A stretch of DNA of 64,000 bases, taken from positions 41,540,001 to 41,604,000 of the forward strand of contig OZ320315.1 in assembly GCA_976226885.1 (NCBI GenBank), given 5' to 3'. Numbering within the stretch: position 1 is the stretch's first letter; the number at the start of each line of letters is the position of its first letter. The translations under genes were made by a program, and so were the position numbers. The DNA comes from Iphione sp. A-MEVVRFRX5 (lineage: Eukaryota). The notes beneath the pieces are model-generated. The model was not told where the DNA came from, searched no databases, and worked only from the letters and a program-made list of their open reading frames with translations. Below, piece after piece: positions 1 through 14,300 of this stretch.

Positions 1-1689
1 CGAGTGAATGTGTGAATTCGGTATTGCACAACAGCATATACCCCCTTCATGCTGACATAGGACAATCTACATTACATGGCCCAAGCTCTTCATGGGTATG
101 TGGCCGCCATGCTTCTAAAACACAAATGACTAATGCACATACTTTTACTGTATAGAGTTGGCCCTGATTTTTTTCCAGTTTAAACTTACATATAACGTTA
201 ATGGGTAGTACACGTATGTTCAGTAGAGGTCTATCTAAACAGTGCAGGTAGCAGTTGACATGTAGGAAGAGGCACATGACCTCCACCTAGGAGTTTCTTT
301 GACATGACAGATTTTCATCGAAGTTATTGCACGAGGTAAGGGTTACCAGCTAGGCAGGAAAGGTGCAAGAGAGAGGCAACATTTAGCAAACAAACATTCA
401 ACAGTTGTGTTCAGTAGCTCTGCATGGCAGCTTATAGGGACAGAAGTGTCAGCGACAGCTCCTTGACTATAATTTTCTACTCGGCCAATGTATCCATATC
501 ATTCACTAGAATATTCTCATTCAGTACATCTTCCATAATTATGGAAAAATGGAACGGTTAACACCTGATTGACATATTTAAAAACTGATAACTCCAACGG
601 AAATAACCAAAGGGACAAAAATAAAGAAATAAAAATATTCATTTCCATTTAATGCACTGCAATATGCGGTGACCATTTCAACATCATGGTAATGATGTAA
701 AGGCCTGACGCACAGAAAATAGGACCTGACGACCCAAGGAAAAAAGCTTGTTGCAGCAGCACCTCAAGCAGTAGTTAACGACAGTGATGCTTGGGGGAGG
801 GGGCTGAATTTGTGTTGTCCATATTTGAAAGTTTGACAATTGGTATGAAGAGTTGAATTTACAAAGTGCTAATCATCCATTCTGCCCTTCTTTTTCTCCC
901 CTGCACTTTAACTGTGACCAGGGTGAAGGGACAGTGCGCAGGAAAAGGGCCTTCCTTATTGGAGGACAGATTGTATCTTTTCCCCTCTTCCATTGTAGCA
1001 GCTGCACGTCTACTGCCTATCGGCTGTCCTATCTGCCTGTTATTTCCTCCATCAGGCCTGCGAATTCCAAAAGACTTGTAATAACTGCCAATACATGAGG
1101 TTGGACAGATGTGTGTGTTGTGACGAAAGCCAGCGCCTTCGTTCGGATGGAAGACGCATGTGCAGCACGGTTCCTGATCTCGGTTGCCCTCTGGTGTGAA
1201 CAAAACGAACTTCTACTCGTACTGTGTGTCCCTCTTCCTCATGCACAAAACAATGAGGCGTTTTAGGAAAACAAAAGGGCCGACCACGTTTTCAAAGATG
1301 TTAAGAGAGATATACATGTATATGTCGATGGAGATGACCCTGCTCGAAATAAAACATGCATAGCCTTTTTTTGAGGATTAACATAGACGTTCTTTTGCCC
1401 TTGACGACTTGACTAACTTTTAAGAATGGCGAAATAAAAAAATAGCAAGATTATTGATAAAGATATATATAAGAGAATGGGAAGGTACAAATTTATTGTT
1501 GGAGTGAATTTTCCTGACAAAATATGGAGTAAATTTGAAGCCATAGAGATACTGAGAACACAATTACCCAGCTCCGTAAGACAATTAAGAAAATTCATGA
1601 ATATTGGAGGGAAATCAATTAAATCGAAAAGGGTGCCAAATGGAAAAGAAGATTAGGAGAGAAATGAAAAGCAACCGATATTTTACAAC

Positions 1690-2620
1690 GTATTTCGTTA
1701 GATGTAATTCACATAGATCCAGTGAGTTAGCAGTGGCCCATGGGGTACCCCAGGGTAGCCATATGGGGCCATTTCTGTTGTGGTCAATGGACTGCCTGAT
1801 GCTGTGAGATAGGGAATGGCGTCGCTGTACACATATGATGTTACAATGGTATGTAAGGCGAGAAATCCCATGACCTCTCAGTTGTAGCGGCAATCTGGTG
1901 TGAATGATGTGAGAAAATGGTGTGTTGCAAATGGGCTTGTGTGAATGAGTCAAAAACTGCCTTTATGGTATTTGGGAGAGTGAGCCAACTGGTACCGTTG
2001 AATGGAAAGTTAATCCAGCAAGTGACAGAATTTAAACTCCTCGGTTACATGGTGGATGATAATATCATCTGGGAGGCCCAAACACGTATGGTAAGGGCTA
2101 AATTGAAACAACGACGTTATTTGCTGTCAAAGTAAGTCTGTCCTCTGGATTTTAGAGAGAGAATTAGGCTTCTGAAAAGCTTCTTGCTGCCCTTAGTTGA
2201 CTATCGGTTACCCTTAATGGTGAGTAGTAGGAAGATACTTCTCGATGATTTGCAAAAATAACTTAATAGGGTAATGAAAATTGTGTTAATAGGCACACTT
2301 AGGACAGAAATCTCATCAACAACACTGAGAGATGAAGCAGGAGTGACCACTGTTGCTAAGAGAGGTTAAAGGCAGGTGAAAGAGAGGTGAAAGTGATATT
2401 ACTGGTTCAAAATTTGTTCCAAATTGGTGAAAGTACATTTCAAAAAGGAGGTCGTACACGGCGGTGTAGTTTGGTTAAGCCTTTATCCATGAAAAAAAAA
2501 ACTAAGAGTAGTCTGTATCAAAGGAACTTTGTATATCAAGGGACGCTATTGTGGAATTCCTTCAAAATTCCAAATAAGGAAAATCTAACAAAGAAGCAAT
2601 TTCAGGCTATGTTGAGTTAG
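1690..2620 (+). mobile_element. Decayed non-LTR retrotransposon (CR1/L2-like) RT 3' fragment
   Basis: Broken frames carry LINE RT motifs in order: GVPQGSHMGPFLL (cf. GVPQGSxLGPxLF), LYTYDVT (degenerate YADD), FKLLGYMVDDNIIW (cf. FKYLGVxIDxxLxW) and FLLPLVDY. Multiple stops and frameshifts. Confidence 0.65.
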
Positions 2621-4066
2621 TCAAAAGTAATTGACACTATCATGGAAATATTCGTTGCCTTGTCCTTATGCGTATTGTTGAAGTCAGAAGTATTAGACAT
2701 TATCCTGATAATATTTGTTGTCTTGTCCTTTATGTGTATTGTTTCCACCAGGGGGACCTCAATGTACTACTATATGTAACCTAAAAGAAGTGGAAATAAA
2801 GATCTTGATTTTCAATGTGTACATCTCTTCCCTATATTGCCCAGACAGTCTCACATATCTCCCCTGATCTCTCAGTCTCCCAGATAAGCTTGGTAATGAA
2901 CACACTACTTGATACAACAGTTTGAGCCAAGGTATATGCCATGCAGAGATAAGACACAAAAAAACAACACTCGGCCATATACGGGATTGCCTTTTCAAAC
3001 AATATTCAAGATATTTTTCCAAATTAAACTGGTGATGCAGTGTTAGTACCATGTGTTGCTAAGAATGAAGGCAAGTCAGAGGGGTAGGCTACAGGTACGA
3101 CAGAGTGGTACCTTATTCATGTGTTGGGGTAAGAGGTGTGGATTATCACTGACTGCAGGCAACGCTTCCTGCTAGGCCCTGCAGCATCCAGAATGTGCAC
3201 ATGAATCTTACATATATTTTTTTACGGTTTTATACTTCCGACTGCTTTTGTCTATAATTTGTCATACATGTCTATAGTATCTGTATATTTATTACCGGAT
3301 CTCATCTTCAAATAGCGTGAAACAAGGAAAATCATGGACGCCAAAGACTGGTTGATTAAAAACTTTTTATACCTTATAATAACATACATGAACTGAAGAA
3401 CACAACACCACCGTTGTATGGAGTAATGCACAACCTTTCCTTCTTGTTGAACAACGGTCGAATAGGCCTATATAAACGTTTGTTCGATACAGCGAGTTCT
3501 TTACCGAATACAGTGAGATAATGTATTGTAGATATGTCATTGACCCGAAAAAATACACGTTTTTATTTATATTTGTTGCGCCGTACAAGCCGTACAGTAT
3601 AATTCAAGGTTAAGTTTAGGACAGAGCACCTATGTACAAATGCAGATTACCTGAATGAGAATCTAAGGGTTTCTTTTCTGTTTGTTCGATAAATGAAAGG
3701 GTCAGATCTTGCTCCAGTGCGGAATCCACGCATCTGTATACATAAAACATTACTTCGGTTAGGAAGGCCTTCAGAGCGAGGCTTATTATTTTAGTACACA
3801 CGAAGATATCTTTTTTGTGAAATAAAAATAAATGCAGCCGATGCCTCCAATGTTCCTCTTAAAGGGGGACTTGCACTATCTAAAGGGCGAGCCACTCACA
3901 AATGAACGATGTATTCCAAATGGCTTACCTCCCAGTATAATTTTAGCAACGGAAAATTATTTAGAAGGAATTTCCTTTTTCATTTTAACTGGGTAACAAC
4001 TTTGTAGGTTTCACAAAAATTTTTATGGTCAAATCAAGCTCAAGTGAAGTAATGTTCGTTGATTTT

Positions 4067-4539
4067 CAGGCCCTTAGCCAAGGGGGTTTCATCCGATACC
4101 ACCCCCCCCCTCACAAGAGCCAGGAGTTCCACCTCTCTAGGCCTATAGCCAAGGGTGTATCATGAGAAAGANNNNNNNNNNNNNNNNNNNNNNNNNNNNN
4201 NNNNNNNNNNNNNNNNNNNNNNNNNNNNNNNNNNNNNNNNNNNNNNNNNNNNNNNNNNNNNNNNNNNNNNNNNNNNNNNNNNNNNNNNNNNNNNNNNNNN
4301 NNNNNNNNNNNNNNNNNNNNAGAGATATTGGGAATACAGTATAGAAGTGATTCTGAAGGTACTGAAAGTATGATTAATGCATTTGCATGCAAATGTACAT
4401 GGATTCACCAGCAGGTGAAATATTTTAAGGAGTGAGCAATCTCTAACCCATCTAACCAGGAGTTCCACCTCTCTAGCTAAGAGTTCCACCTCTCTAATCT
4501 GAGATTACCCCCCCCCAAGACTTCCTCGCTACGGGCCTG
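4067..4539. mobile_element. Non-autonomous TIR element (MITE), spans an assembly gap
   Basis: TIRs caggcccttagc (4067-4078) and gctacgggcctg (4528-4539), 11/12 match. Flanked by ATTTT on both sides (4062-4066, 4540-4544). Same TIR as 36236-36395. Confidence 0.55.
4172..4320. other. Assembly gap (N run)
   Basis: 149 consecutive N. Confidence 1.
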
Positions 4540-4840
4540 ATTTTCGAAATACACGTGTATATAAAGGAAACTTTAAATTATTTCAGGAATGTTTTCATCG
4601 TCGATTATTATTACTTTCAAGTCAAAATTTGAAAATTCACTACATATTGTTTTTTTTTTAAAGTTTACTGGTCCTATGATAGTCTTTCTTACACTGACCA
4701 ACAAACACCACTGCTTAGGATAGCTGCAACCAGTAAACACAATCGACTTGTGCATCCATGAACCCTACTCCTGACCATGCTTTTTACAGTCGTAACTGAT
4801 AATGCCATACACGTGACAGGGATCACGCGGAGTCACCCGA

Positions 4841-5033
4841 TCAGGACGACTGCGCCTGCGCTAAGTCACCCTCCTCCGGGCAGTCCTCATCCTCTTCTTT
4901 CGTTGCGGACTTGGCGATATCTGGATCGAGCATTATACCGATCATGGCGAAGTCGTCAGGTTCAACCAGGTCAATGGGTCGCTCGCCCTCCTCTGTCATG
5001 ATGCTTCGGTCGGCCCCATTTTGGAGAAGAAAC
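4841..5033 (-). CDS. PPP1R27: PPP1R27-like, coding exon 3 of 3
   Basis: (R)FLLQNGADRSIMTEEGERPIDLVEPDD...*. Acceptor tttgcag| at 5034, TGA at 4841-4843. Spliced CDS 178+151+193 = 522 nt = 173 aa. Confidence 0.85.
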
Positions 5034-6751
5034 CTGCAAACATACATTGATATGATAAATTACTTTAGTCTATACAAAATGTGTCAGCGGACACACTGGA
5101 CACAGAATATCACAAAATAAAGTATACTGAACTCTTGCGTCCCTCGCGCCAAGTATCTACAATATCTGCAAATGCACAAAAGTATAGAATGATATACTCG
5201 TCTGCACAAGCTATTGTATGCATGCATACAACCCTTTAAGTCGCAGATGACCGAACTGCTAAGTTTGGGTCGTCGGTAAGGTCGCTTATGAATATGATCT
5301 GAGGTCAGCGGGCAGGTTGTGAGCTGCATCATGATGGTTAGTTGGCAATGGACGTTAAGTCTTGCTTTACCAGTTGGATATTGGCTAAATAAATATCTCA
5401 TGAGATCATTAATAAGTCGAAATTATTTTATGTTCTCCACATCAAATAGCACATCGATTTTATTGCATTGAACACCTACCGTGGTGTGGGAAAAATAGGA
5501 TCTTTTTCATGCACAGAAACAATGCAAGTTGACAGCAGTTCTCCACGGATCCGTAAGACACAACAAAAAATTGGACAGCTTGGAACATGAATGCTAAAGG
5601 TGAGTATGTAATAATGAAAGGTTATGAATTATGTATTTAAATATCCCAGTATCGTTCTCTGACTCAGTATTTCATACTAACTACTATACGGAGCTGACAT
5701 GGGTCAAGAAAGCCACATTGGCTTTCGAATCTCTCAAGAACATCGAGAATGAACATTAATCAGGAGATCCCAAAATTACAATTGTATACATACGTAATCC
5801 ATTCTATTTACATGAAGGAACACAGTCTTCTGTTTCCCTCCTTTTCCCAGTACATGTATTTTTACACTGCCTATATAAAACACTGCCTGAAAGTAGGTCC
5901 AGCTCATACATACAAATCTCATAGCTGTGATTAGAAGTTTAGAAAAGTATATTATTTTATATATTCATATAACAGGACTAAAACGGGTGTTCATTGTGTG
6001 TGTGGAAATAGACTGATGACCCTACATTTTCAAAGCTGAGTAGGGATATCACTTGCTTATGTTAGAGACACTTTATCTGTGTTTAGCCAAGCCGAACCTT
6101 CCCACACTGTGAACAACCAGTGCTAGCACCTAAGGCAACTGTCTTTCTATGAATTGCGTACTACAGATGCATAGGAAATGTAACGAAGTATATTGCATAT
6201 GCATCCAGCCAAACAGAGACCTGCTGCCAGCTCAACAATCGCACTACCCATCATTTACCTGCAGTGACAATACAGCCACACTTCGTTAGCCTGCAGTCAC
6301 CGGAACGATCCAGCTATTGCTAAACAATTTGCTTCCTGCTCACATACTAAAATCTACATCCACATTTGGAGTATCCCATCTCAATAATAATAATATATCT
6401 GTTGCAAGTGGGTCGGCAATGTTGCACGTTACATGTGGTTTGCATTATTTATTGTATAAAGGTTTTCAAGTCATACTTGTCCTCGTTTTGCCTAACTTGC
6501 TCTCAGTAGCTCCTTGTGAACTGACACCGGTATGTACAATATTAATATCGAACACTTAATGCCCAGAATACCACGGTATGCTAATTCAAGCATGAGAAAC
6601 TTGTAACAGTGGATGTTACGGTTATAAACATTTCACAGACCTCTGGAGAGTATCATCCAGTTGATCATATGAGAAATTCTATAGAATATGATCACTTGTT
6701 TTAGCTTCCAGTAAAAGAAGGCAAACTGTCAGGGCACATGATGCTAGCAGT

Positions 6752-7372
6752 AAACCGCTATCCCCATAGACGCGAACCTTCCGCACCCGCCACCTTCTGC
6801 GTGGACAGCGGGAGGTCCGGACCAAGCAGTTAAAATACAACTACCCCCATGTACGCGGACAATCCGCACACGCCACCTGCTGCGTGCGGGACGACCCATG
6901 TTCGTCCGGGAATCCCGCACCACGCCACTCTGTGCGGGCTGGGTATACAATAGAATACTGCACAAAAGTGACTGTACTGCACTACCTACTGTACTACTGC
7001 ACAAAAAAACACACCATTTACACAAATTTGACAGGAATTCAGTGAGATCTGCACAAAAAACACATTTTTTACACAAATTTGATGGGAATTCAACAAGATC
7101 TGCACAAAAAACACATTTTTTACACAAATTTGACAGGAATTCAGTGAGATCTGCACAAAAAACACATTACTTACACAAATTTGGCAGGAATTCAATGAGA
7201 TGTGTACATATACACACACATACACACTCACACACACAGCTGAAACACAGTGCGTACAGTTCGCATACATGGGGATAGACCTCGCCACCTGTTGCGGAGA
7301 GGTCCGGGTAGCACGCACCACGCCACTGGTTGCGTGCGGACTGTTCGCGCACATGGGTATAGCGCTTAATAT
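6752..7372. repeat. Foldback-like composite repeat with GC-rich inverted modules around a 51-bp minisatellite
   Basis: cgctatccccatagacgcgaac (~6756) is an imperfect inverse of gttcgcgcacatgggtatagcg (~7345) and of gttcgcatacatggggatag (~7259). cacaaatttg recurs at 7021, 7072, 7123 and 7174 (51-bp period). Confidence 0.5.
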
Positions 7373-8538
7373 CTTAGCATTTAAGGCTTTGTGGATCAAG
7401 CTTGGTTGACAGTGGCTGGGATGATTTGCAACTGCTCCTTAGGCAATATAACCCTAAGACTATTACCAAAAGTGCACAATTTCCACAATTACGGCTCACT
7501 TTCAAGGGAGACACATACACTTTACACACATCCATACATGTAAATACATACGTACGTACATACATACATGCATAATCTACCTGTACACCCCGTGCAGTCG
7601 GGTGTGAAGAAATGTGCTAAAACAACACTCCATGACAAACATGCACCAAAAAACAGTCTTCATTGAAATACCGCCTTATTGCCTCCGGAAGGAACAACCT
7701 TTCGAGCTGAAGAGCCTGTCAACATAGACTACGAAGTAGAGGCCGGTGGCCAGACCAGTCCATCATGGAGCTGGTTGGAAAGTCTCCAAAAGAGGTGGAG
7801 GAACAGGAGGAAGCGGAGTCTCGGGAGAATGATTCTGAACTTCATATGACCCCTGTCACAGTTCCGATCGTCAAATAACATGGTAATAAGATTCTAGGAT
7901 GATATACATATCTTGGGACTGAATGGAGCTACAAACCAATGTACTCCTTAGATTAGCTTTCATATGGTAGGAGTATCATTAAGATCCAAGCAGGGAAAGT
8001 GGTGTTGTTAGGTCTAATAAATGTATAGGGACAGAATCTTATTAGAGACTCTCTCCACATTGCTTCAGAAAGGGTGTTTACCACAATCTAACTATGATCA
8101 TATGTTTATATGTGCTCTTACTCGACTTTTTAAAACGTTTTATTAACCTTGAGTAAGGCTCCAAATATCCAAACTCATATCCAAATAAGTCTCTTATCCA
8201 AACGCTTTTGCAAGAAATGCATCCAGCTCGGACAAAGAAAGGAGTTCACTGTACGTGTATTACATCTTGACCATGAGCTGAAAAATAGTGCTATCCAAAA
8301 ACGGGTTTGTATGAATTTATCATTCGATCTTGTATAACGTGTTAATTGTCATGTATGGTTTCATTACCAAGAAGTACATTCATTCCTCATCTGCTCTTTC
8401 TGGAGGACTTCTATCTTGGAAAACTGCAGGTTCAAACGTCATCGTGTGAATATGCTCAGTCACGTATGTACGTTTCATTTTCCCCCATATCGATCAACAA
8501 ATACCTATTCTTATTTACTCCGCGGTTCTTCAACCTAC

Positions 8539-8689
8539 CTGGCAATCTCTCCATGACCTTCTGAACAGGCGGCGTGGAGTGGCGTCCACGTGTCCTCGTC
8601 CAGCCGATTTATGTCGGCTCCATGACGTACCAGGAGACGCACTGCCATGAGGTTTCCGTCCAGTACGGCCTGGTGCAGAGCCGTCATAC
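8539..8689 (-). CDS. PPP1R27: PPP1R27-like, coding exon 2 of 3 (ankyrin repeats)
   Basis: GMTALHQAVLDGNLMAVRLLVRHGADINRLDEDTWTPLHAACSEGHGEIAR. Acceptor cag| at 8690, donor AG|GTAGGT at 8538. 151 nt, phases 1 and 2 fit exons 1 and 3. Confidence 0.9.
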
Positions 8690-9622
8690 CTGTGTAGGTT
8701 GTTTCAGATAATACAGAAGAGAACACAGTGATGAGTCATCTAAAGTGCGCCACATGTTGCAACATTCCATACAAATCAGGACATCGCTGCAGACTGTAGA
8801 TATACTTGCAACCTTGACTGCCAACGACCCAAAGTCTATATATTCCATAGTACATGCCAGAAGGACATGAGGCAATATTATGCTCGGTTATGTATTGATA
8901 TTTCTGTACACATATCGATGTTTCTATGCTGCTATTTCTGAAATGTATTTTTTCCACTAAATTATAATTTGAACTTACTAAAGCTGCCCAATTTTCATTT
9001 ACAAAATTCGCTATTACTAAGCCTTACATTTGCAATTATATTTAGAAACTTAAGGAATAAATTACTTAACATGCACTTTTATAAGGTACATTCTACCTAA
9101 AATCTGAAAAATCGCCCACACTACAATGCCTTGAAATCTGAAAAAAACCCGCCCACCCTACAATGCCTCCACGTAGAGTTCAACCTGGACTGAAACCAAA
9201 CCTCAAACCCCTCCAGGGCCTCCCTGTGGGCCTGCAAACGTTGTTCAAATGTAATTTAACAAGAGGTTATATATGGTGACTACGAGTATCCATTCGCTTA
9301 ATAATGCCCCGATAAAGTCGTTGTGGCAAAGTCTAAACATGTTTTACTACAAGCAGTCGATTACGGAAATACCAAAGCTATGTCGACAATGAGGTATTGT
9401 GTACAGTTATTTTGGTCGAAAGTCGTTGAGATGAATTTAATGGGATAATCACACGACGTTTGAGTTCGTTGGAGGCTATTCTTTTCAAGTTGTATTATCT
9501 TCTGGAAAATGCATCCACAAAGCACTGTTGAAGACAATCGACGGGTCAACTTTACGGGAAGTATATGTCCTTCATTCTACACTTCTGGTCTGACTCCAAA
9601 GAAAAGATAGTAACGAGTCTTT

Positions 9623-9846
9623 ACAGGGGGGGTCAGGGGGTACACAATAACGTTTCACCAGGAATTAAAAACAACCATAACGCTTTAAAGTATGCCTGAT
9701 AGCGTTTCACCAAGAATTTTTCCTCTCATAATGCTTCACCAAGATGTTTTTTATAACGAATAACGCTTAATTTAGAAGGTCAATAACGTTTCACCAGGAA
9801 TTAAAACAACTGATAACGCTTCACCAAAATAGTTGACCCCCCCTGT
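9623..9846. mobile_element. MITE (hAT-like CAGGG termini) with internal taacg(c/t)ttcacca subrepeats
   Basis: Perfect 13-bp TIR acagggggggtca / tgaccccccctgt. GTCTTT duplicated at 9617-9622 and 9847-9852. Related ends at ~58925 and ~60300. Confidence 0.6.
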
Positions 9847-11187
9847 GTCTTTAATCGCCGTCATGGGCGTAGCATTCAATTAATTACTTGCATCACTGCT
9901 ATTGGTTGGTCATGTTTGATATGAATCTGATTGTTGTAGCGATGACGTGACTGTCAACATTATCCAATCTGAATCGTTATTACTATAAGATGAGCCTGGC
10001 GAGCGGACTTAAGTTCACTCACACACATCCCCCAAGGCCAAATCAGAACTACATGTCGCTGCCAACAACTACAAGTTGATTGTTCTTTTATCTTTGAAAA
10101 AATGTGTATGTTACACCACTAGGATAACACAACACGAAGGTGTATGTGTTTTATGGGACACGTCCCTTATGGCATCTTTTTGAAAATATTTCCGAGAGAA
10201 TTACGTTCCTTGGTAAAACTTTACTAAGGTATAGAACACTATTTCAGAGTAGTGTAGTCATATACACATTATCTCACAAAGGCAATAACAAATTGGCCAA
10301 AGCTACTGCATGGTATTCTTGTGTCCATAGTCTCTGGTAATGTGTTTGGATTCAAATTTCCAGGAATGATCATCCAAATGAAGGAAGTTTCAATACATAG
10401 TCATCTCCATGTGCACGTGTAGCCTCACAGGTATTTTTGAAGGGTGGTACCCCGAATTACCGTGTACAAGAAACGGTATAAAACGTCTTTCTAAGTGTTG
10501 TAGAAAATAAAGCAACTTTCTCATAATGCTTATGGCAATAGTAACCTAATAGGACTAAAATTATACATATCGACTATAAGTATTCACAAATCAATTCACC
10601 ACCATAACAATCTGCTGTTGTTGTAGAGTGAAGGGATTACATCTATATTACACCTATTACATATTACAATGTACATATGTTTACTGACGTCCATTACCAG
10701 ACATTCGTATCTGACGATCCTCCACATTTCCTTATTGTTTTTGTACCAAGAAAATGCTAGTGTTTTGCCAGAAGCCGGATATGGATTGTGCATTGATCCA
10801 TCACAGTTTCAGTGCGTGATCCACACAGTATATGGACGCATATGTTCGAATGTAACACGTTTCGGTAACGCGCCTAGCCAGAGAAACTTGGATCCCCTGA
10901 CGCTGCGCTGCCCTTCATGTAAATTTTGCTACATATACCAGTATTTACACAAAAGTGTGAATACAGACCGGACAACATGGGCATTAGGAATAATGCTAAA
11001 TGGAAGGCTCTAGATTACATGTAAAGCGCTGACTGGTCCGCTGTAATAATTTCCATTACGCCCATGGTACACATAGCGACTGTACTCAGGTTACACATCT
11101 ACCACTATAAGCTAGGTGAACACTCGTCTCCAGGGGGCTGGGGGATAAGAAAAGCCAGCATGCTGGAGAGAGACATTGCAGACTTAC

Positions 11188-11365
11188 CTGCATCTCCGAT
11201 GGCATTGATGTCAATTTGCACGCTGGCTCGCCGAAGCATCGAGTGCATGGCAGGCAGATCGTTCTCCTTGATGTTGTCCAGAAAGACAAGTTCATCTGGA
11301 AAGCGAACATGGGGCCGGGACTTGCCCGGGTTCTCCTTCGCGAAAAGCGATGCTCGTCGACTCAT
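11188..11365 (-). CDS. PPP1R27: PPP1R27-like ankyrin-repeat PP1 regulatory subunit, coding exon 1 of 3
   Basis: MSRRASLFAKENPGKSRPHVRFPDELVFLDNIKENDL...; RVxF-type PP1 docking motif (HVRF) followed by PDELVFLDNIK, resembling vertebrate PPP1R27 (VRFPNDVLFLDHIR). Donor AG|GTAAGT at 11187, phase 1. Confidence 0.85.
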
Positions 11366-14300
11366 GTCTCATAAAAGATGACGCGATCTCTCCAAACGAC
11401 CAAGGTCCCTCCCGTTCACCGCGTCCAACGTCGGTTTCACACGACAAGAATTATGCTCTGTCGGCATAAACATCAAACGCTCCGACGAGCACGAAGTTGA
11501 AGATTTCCACGAAAAGTGGTGTGCGCGGAACGTTGATGTGCCCGTCCCGCTTAATTATGCCAGGGTTACTGCTGAGCTTCCACCGCATGTGCCTGCACAC
11601 GATGGTCAGTAAATTGGTTTTGTGCGGCGGCGTTCCTGGCCAGCGAGTATAGTATACACAGGTCAGTCCAAAGCAAAGACACCCGACCCGGTAGAGGGGG
11701 TGGTGGAGTGAGAGAGAGAGCGCGAAAGAAGGAGAGAACACACACCGGTAAATTTGCACAACACCGGCAAACACAGCCTAATGGTCACTGCAGTCCGACA
11801 TATTCAGCAAACGGACTCGAGCGATGGACTTCTTGTACGGGAGTCCACGTAGGTTTAATGCCGCTGTGATGGTGGACACGTGCAAAGGAGTCTGCGGCGG
11901 GGCCTGTTTATAACCCGGGGGGGTGTACTCGTCCCCCTCAGCTGTTAAGGGCATGTAAACAGCCTCAAGTCAAGGACCTGGTGGACTCAATTGGCATCCA
12001 TGTTGCATTAGCAGTCGGCCTATACCTCGACTTGCACCTAGATGTGATCGTAGTGTTCTCTTCTGATAGTGACTTGAGGGGTCTATCACTTGTAAACCGA
12101 CGTATTAGCACTGGATTGACCCTGGTCCATTACGACGACAAGTGTTGTCAACCAACTGCAAAATAAAAAGCTCAATATTACATGATATCGTGACATCTAA
12201 GGAAACGGTGGCTATCTTCTCTTATCAAACTATTACTACTCTAGAGCCCGATTTGCCTTAAAACATTGTCATGAAGAAATGGAGTGAGATGCACATGCAA
12301 GATAGTATGCTTGATGAGTAGATTGAGATGCTCATTCTTTTCAACAGAATAATGGAAATGAACATTTATAGCATGAAAGATTTTAATCACATTTCACACC
12401 GATGCCATTCACAACAATCACTATTGATACAGGTGGTTTTCCATAAGTTGACTCTAGTTTATTATAGTAAATAGCGAATAACGAAGGGCGATTTTATTGC
12501 CAGTTTTTACCGTAACATATTCAGCATTACCTCCCGAGCAATACATTCACTGAGTAATGACTATGAAATGTGTACCAATGAACACATTCACAAGAGCGTA
12601 CAAAGAGGAAAAGCCCAATAGGATAATTCATTGCAGAATATTCGAATACAAACTACCGAAAATTCCAAAGTCAGAAAGATGGAGGGATAAACCAATATTA
12701 TTCCTACATAATACCACATATATAAACGTGTTTATAAACGTCTAAAATACATCGACCCGAGAAAAAATATCGTGTTTTTAAGGATAGTTTTATTTACACC
12801 TGGAGACAAAGTGAAAATAATGATTCATGACTAGAAGCCAAACAAACCTACTTTGAATCATTCCGAGTCAATATACATGTGTATGTGCTGCCGAAGCAAT
12901 GACACATCACCTGATGCCCGAAGCAGAGTACCATAATAACATTATTATGCTTTTTAAGAGTTCGAGCTAATAACTATGACTTGCGTTGGTGTGCAAAGTA
13001 ACAACCGCATTGAGGGGAATTCTTTTTTAACCCAGTAAAACTCTGATCGCATTGACTTTCAGGGATTAAGCCTTGCTCTGATTTCATGGTTACGAATTTG
13101 TCGAGGGCTTAGCCTAAAGGCGACAATGACTTAACTATTCAAGAGAAAACACTGACTGTCACCCAATGTTATAGTCATTTACTCTCCAGGAACACAAATG
13201 CTGCTATTTTCCGCTTGTGGCTTTTAAGATGGACATATATTGTACCTGCCCCCCATTAAGACTTCATTCGCTTCATTCATCAGGTTGAATGGACAGCCCT
13301 AAGCCCCTGCCGGGTAACACCTTCACGAAGGTCACACAGGGGGCGGGGGGGGGTGGGGATGGGGGACGGCTGACCGCCAATTTACAACCGCCTCCGCAGA
13401 TAGGTGTTGGCGGAACCTGTCACTGAAAAGAAGATCGGAACTGAATGATATCATTGCCCACTAGGTGCGTGAACATATTTGTGTAACGAACGATTAGTAT
13501 GGGTATATGTGTATTTTCTAATTTAATCGGGCTAAATGTTGTGATCAAAAAAGTGTGCAAAAAGGAAAGGGGGGGGATTTCTTTTTAACGCTTTCAAGTC
13601 ACCGCCAGTACAGGACAGTAGCCCCTTTCTATAGCCGATTGGTTTTCTAGATAAACTTCATCAACACCGGTTGATGGCACAATAAACATTTCTTTGGATG
13701 AACATAGAACGCACCGAAACCTATGCTAAGAGGCAATGGGTAAATCCGGCAATTCTTTTCTTTGGCAGAGCGACATTTTTGCTTTCTTCACTATCTGTAA
13801 TTACTGATCTTAGCTTATTTACCGGCCTGCAGATAAACTGCCACTCCCTTATCTGTTTAATCCACCTACAGTCGGCCAGTTTTGTTGTAAGTACGTGTAC
13901 CAAGAACATGACATTGAAAAAAAAGTTCATTGCATTCGCCTCTTACAGGTACAGTTGAAACCCTATTTCAGACCACATCGATTTAAGACCAAATTCAATT
14001 TCAGACCATTTTAGCTGGGAACCGATGTATTGATCTCTATGATTAACAGTTATCGATTTTACCAATCGGACCATTTCAGCTTGGTCCCAAGTGGTGGCCT
14101 TAAATAGAGTTCCCACTGTAGTTGAAGTTAATATGTAATGTCCATGTTAGACCGGGCTATTAGCAAGATAGAATGAAAACAAATGTGATCTGATAGACGT
14201 CACATTTATGATGTGCACGAGACACGCAACTAGGGAGTGGAACATTCTAACTCGCTACTAATAAAAATTACACGCGGGTTACATCAAAATAAAATTGTTT

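Noticed and set aside
6744-7409. ORFs with repeated CKKCVFC units resembling metal-binding repeats
   Set aside because: Translation of the 51-bp minisatellite, not a gene.
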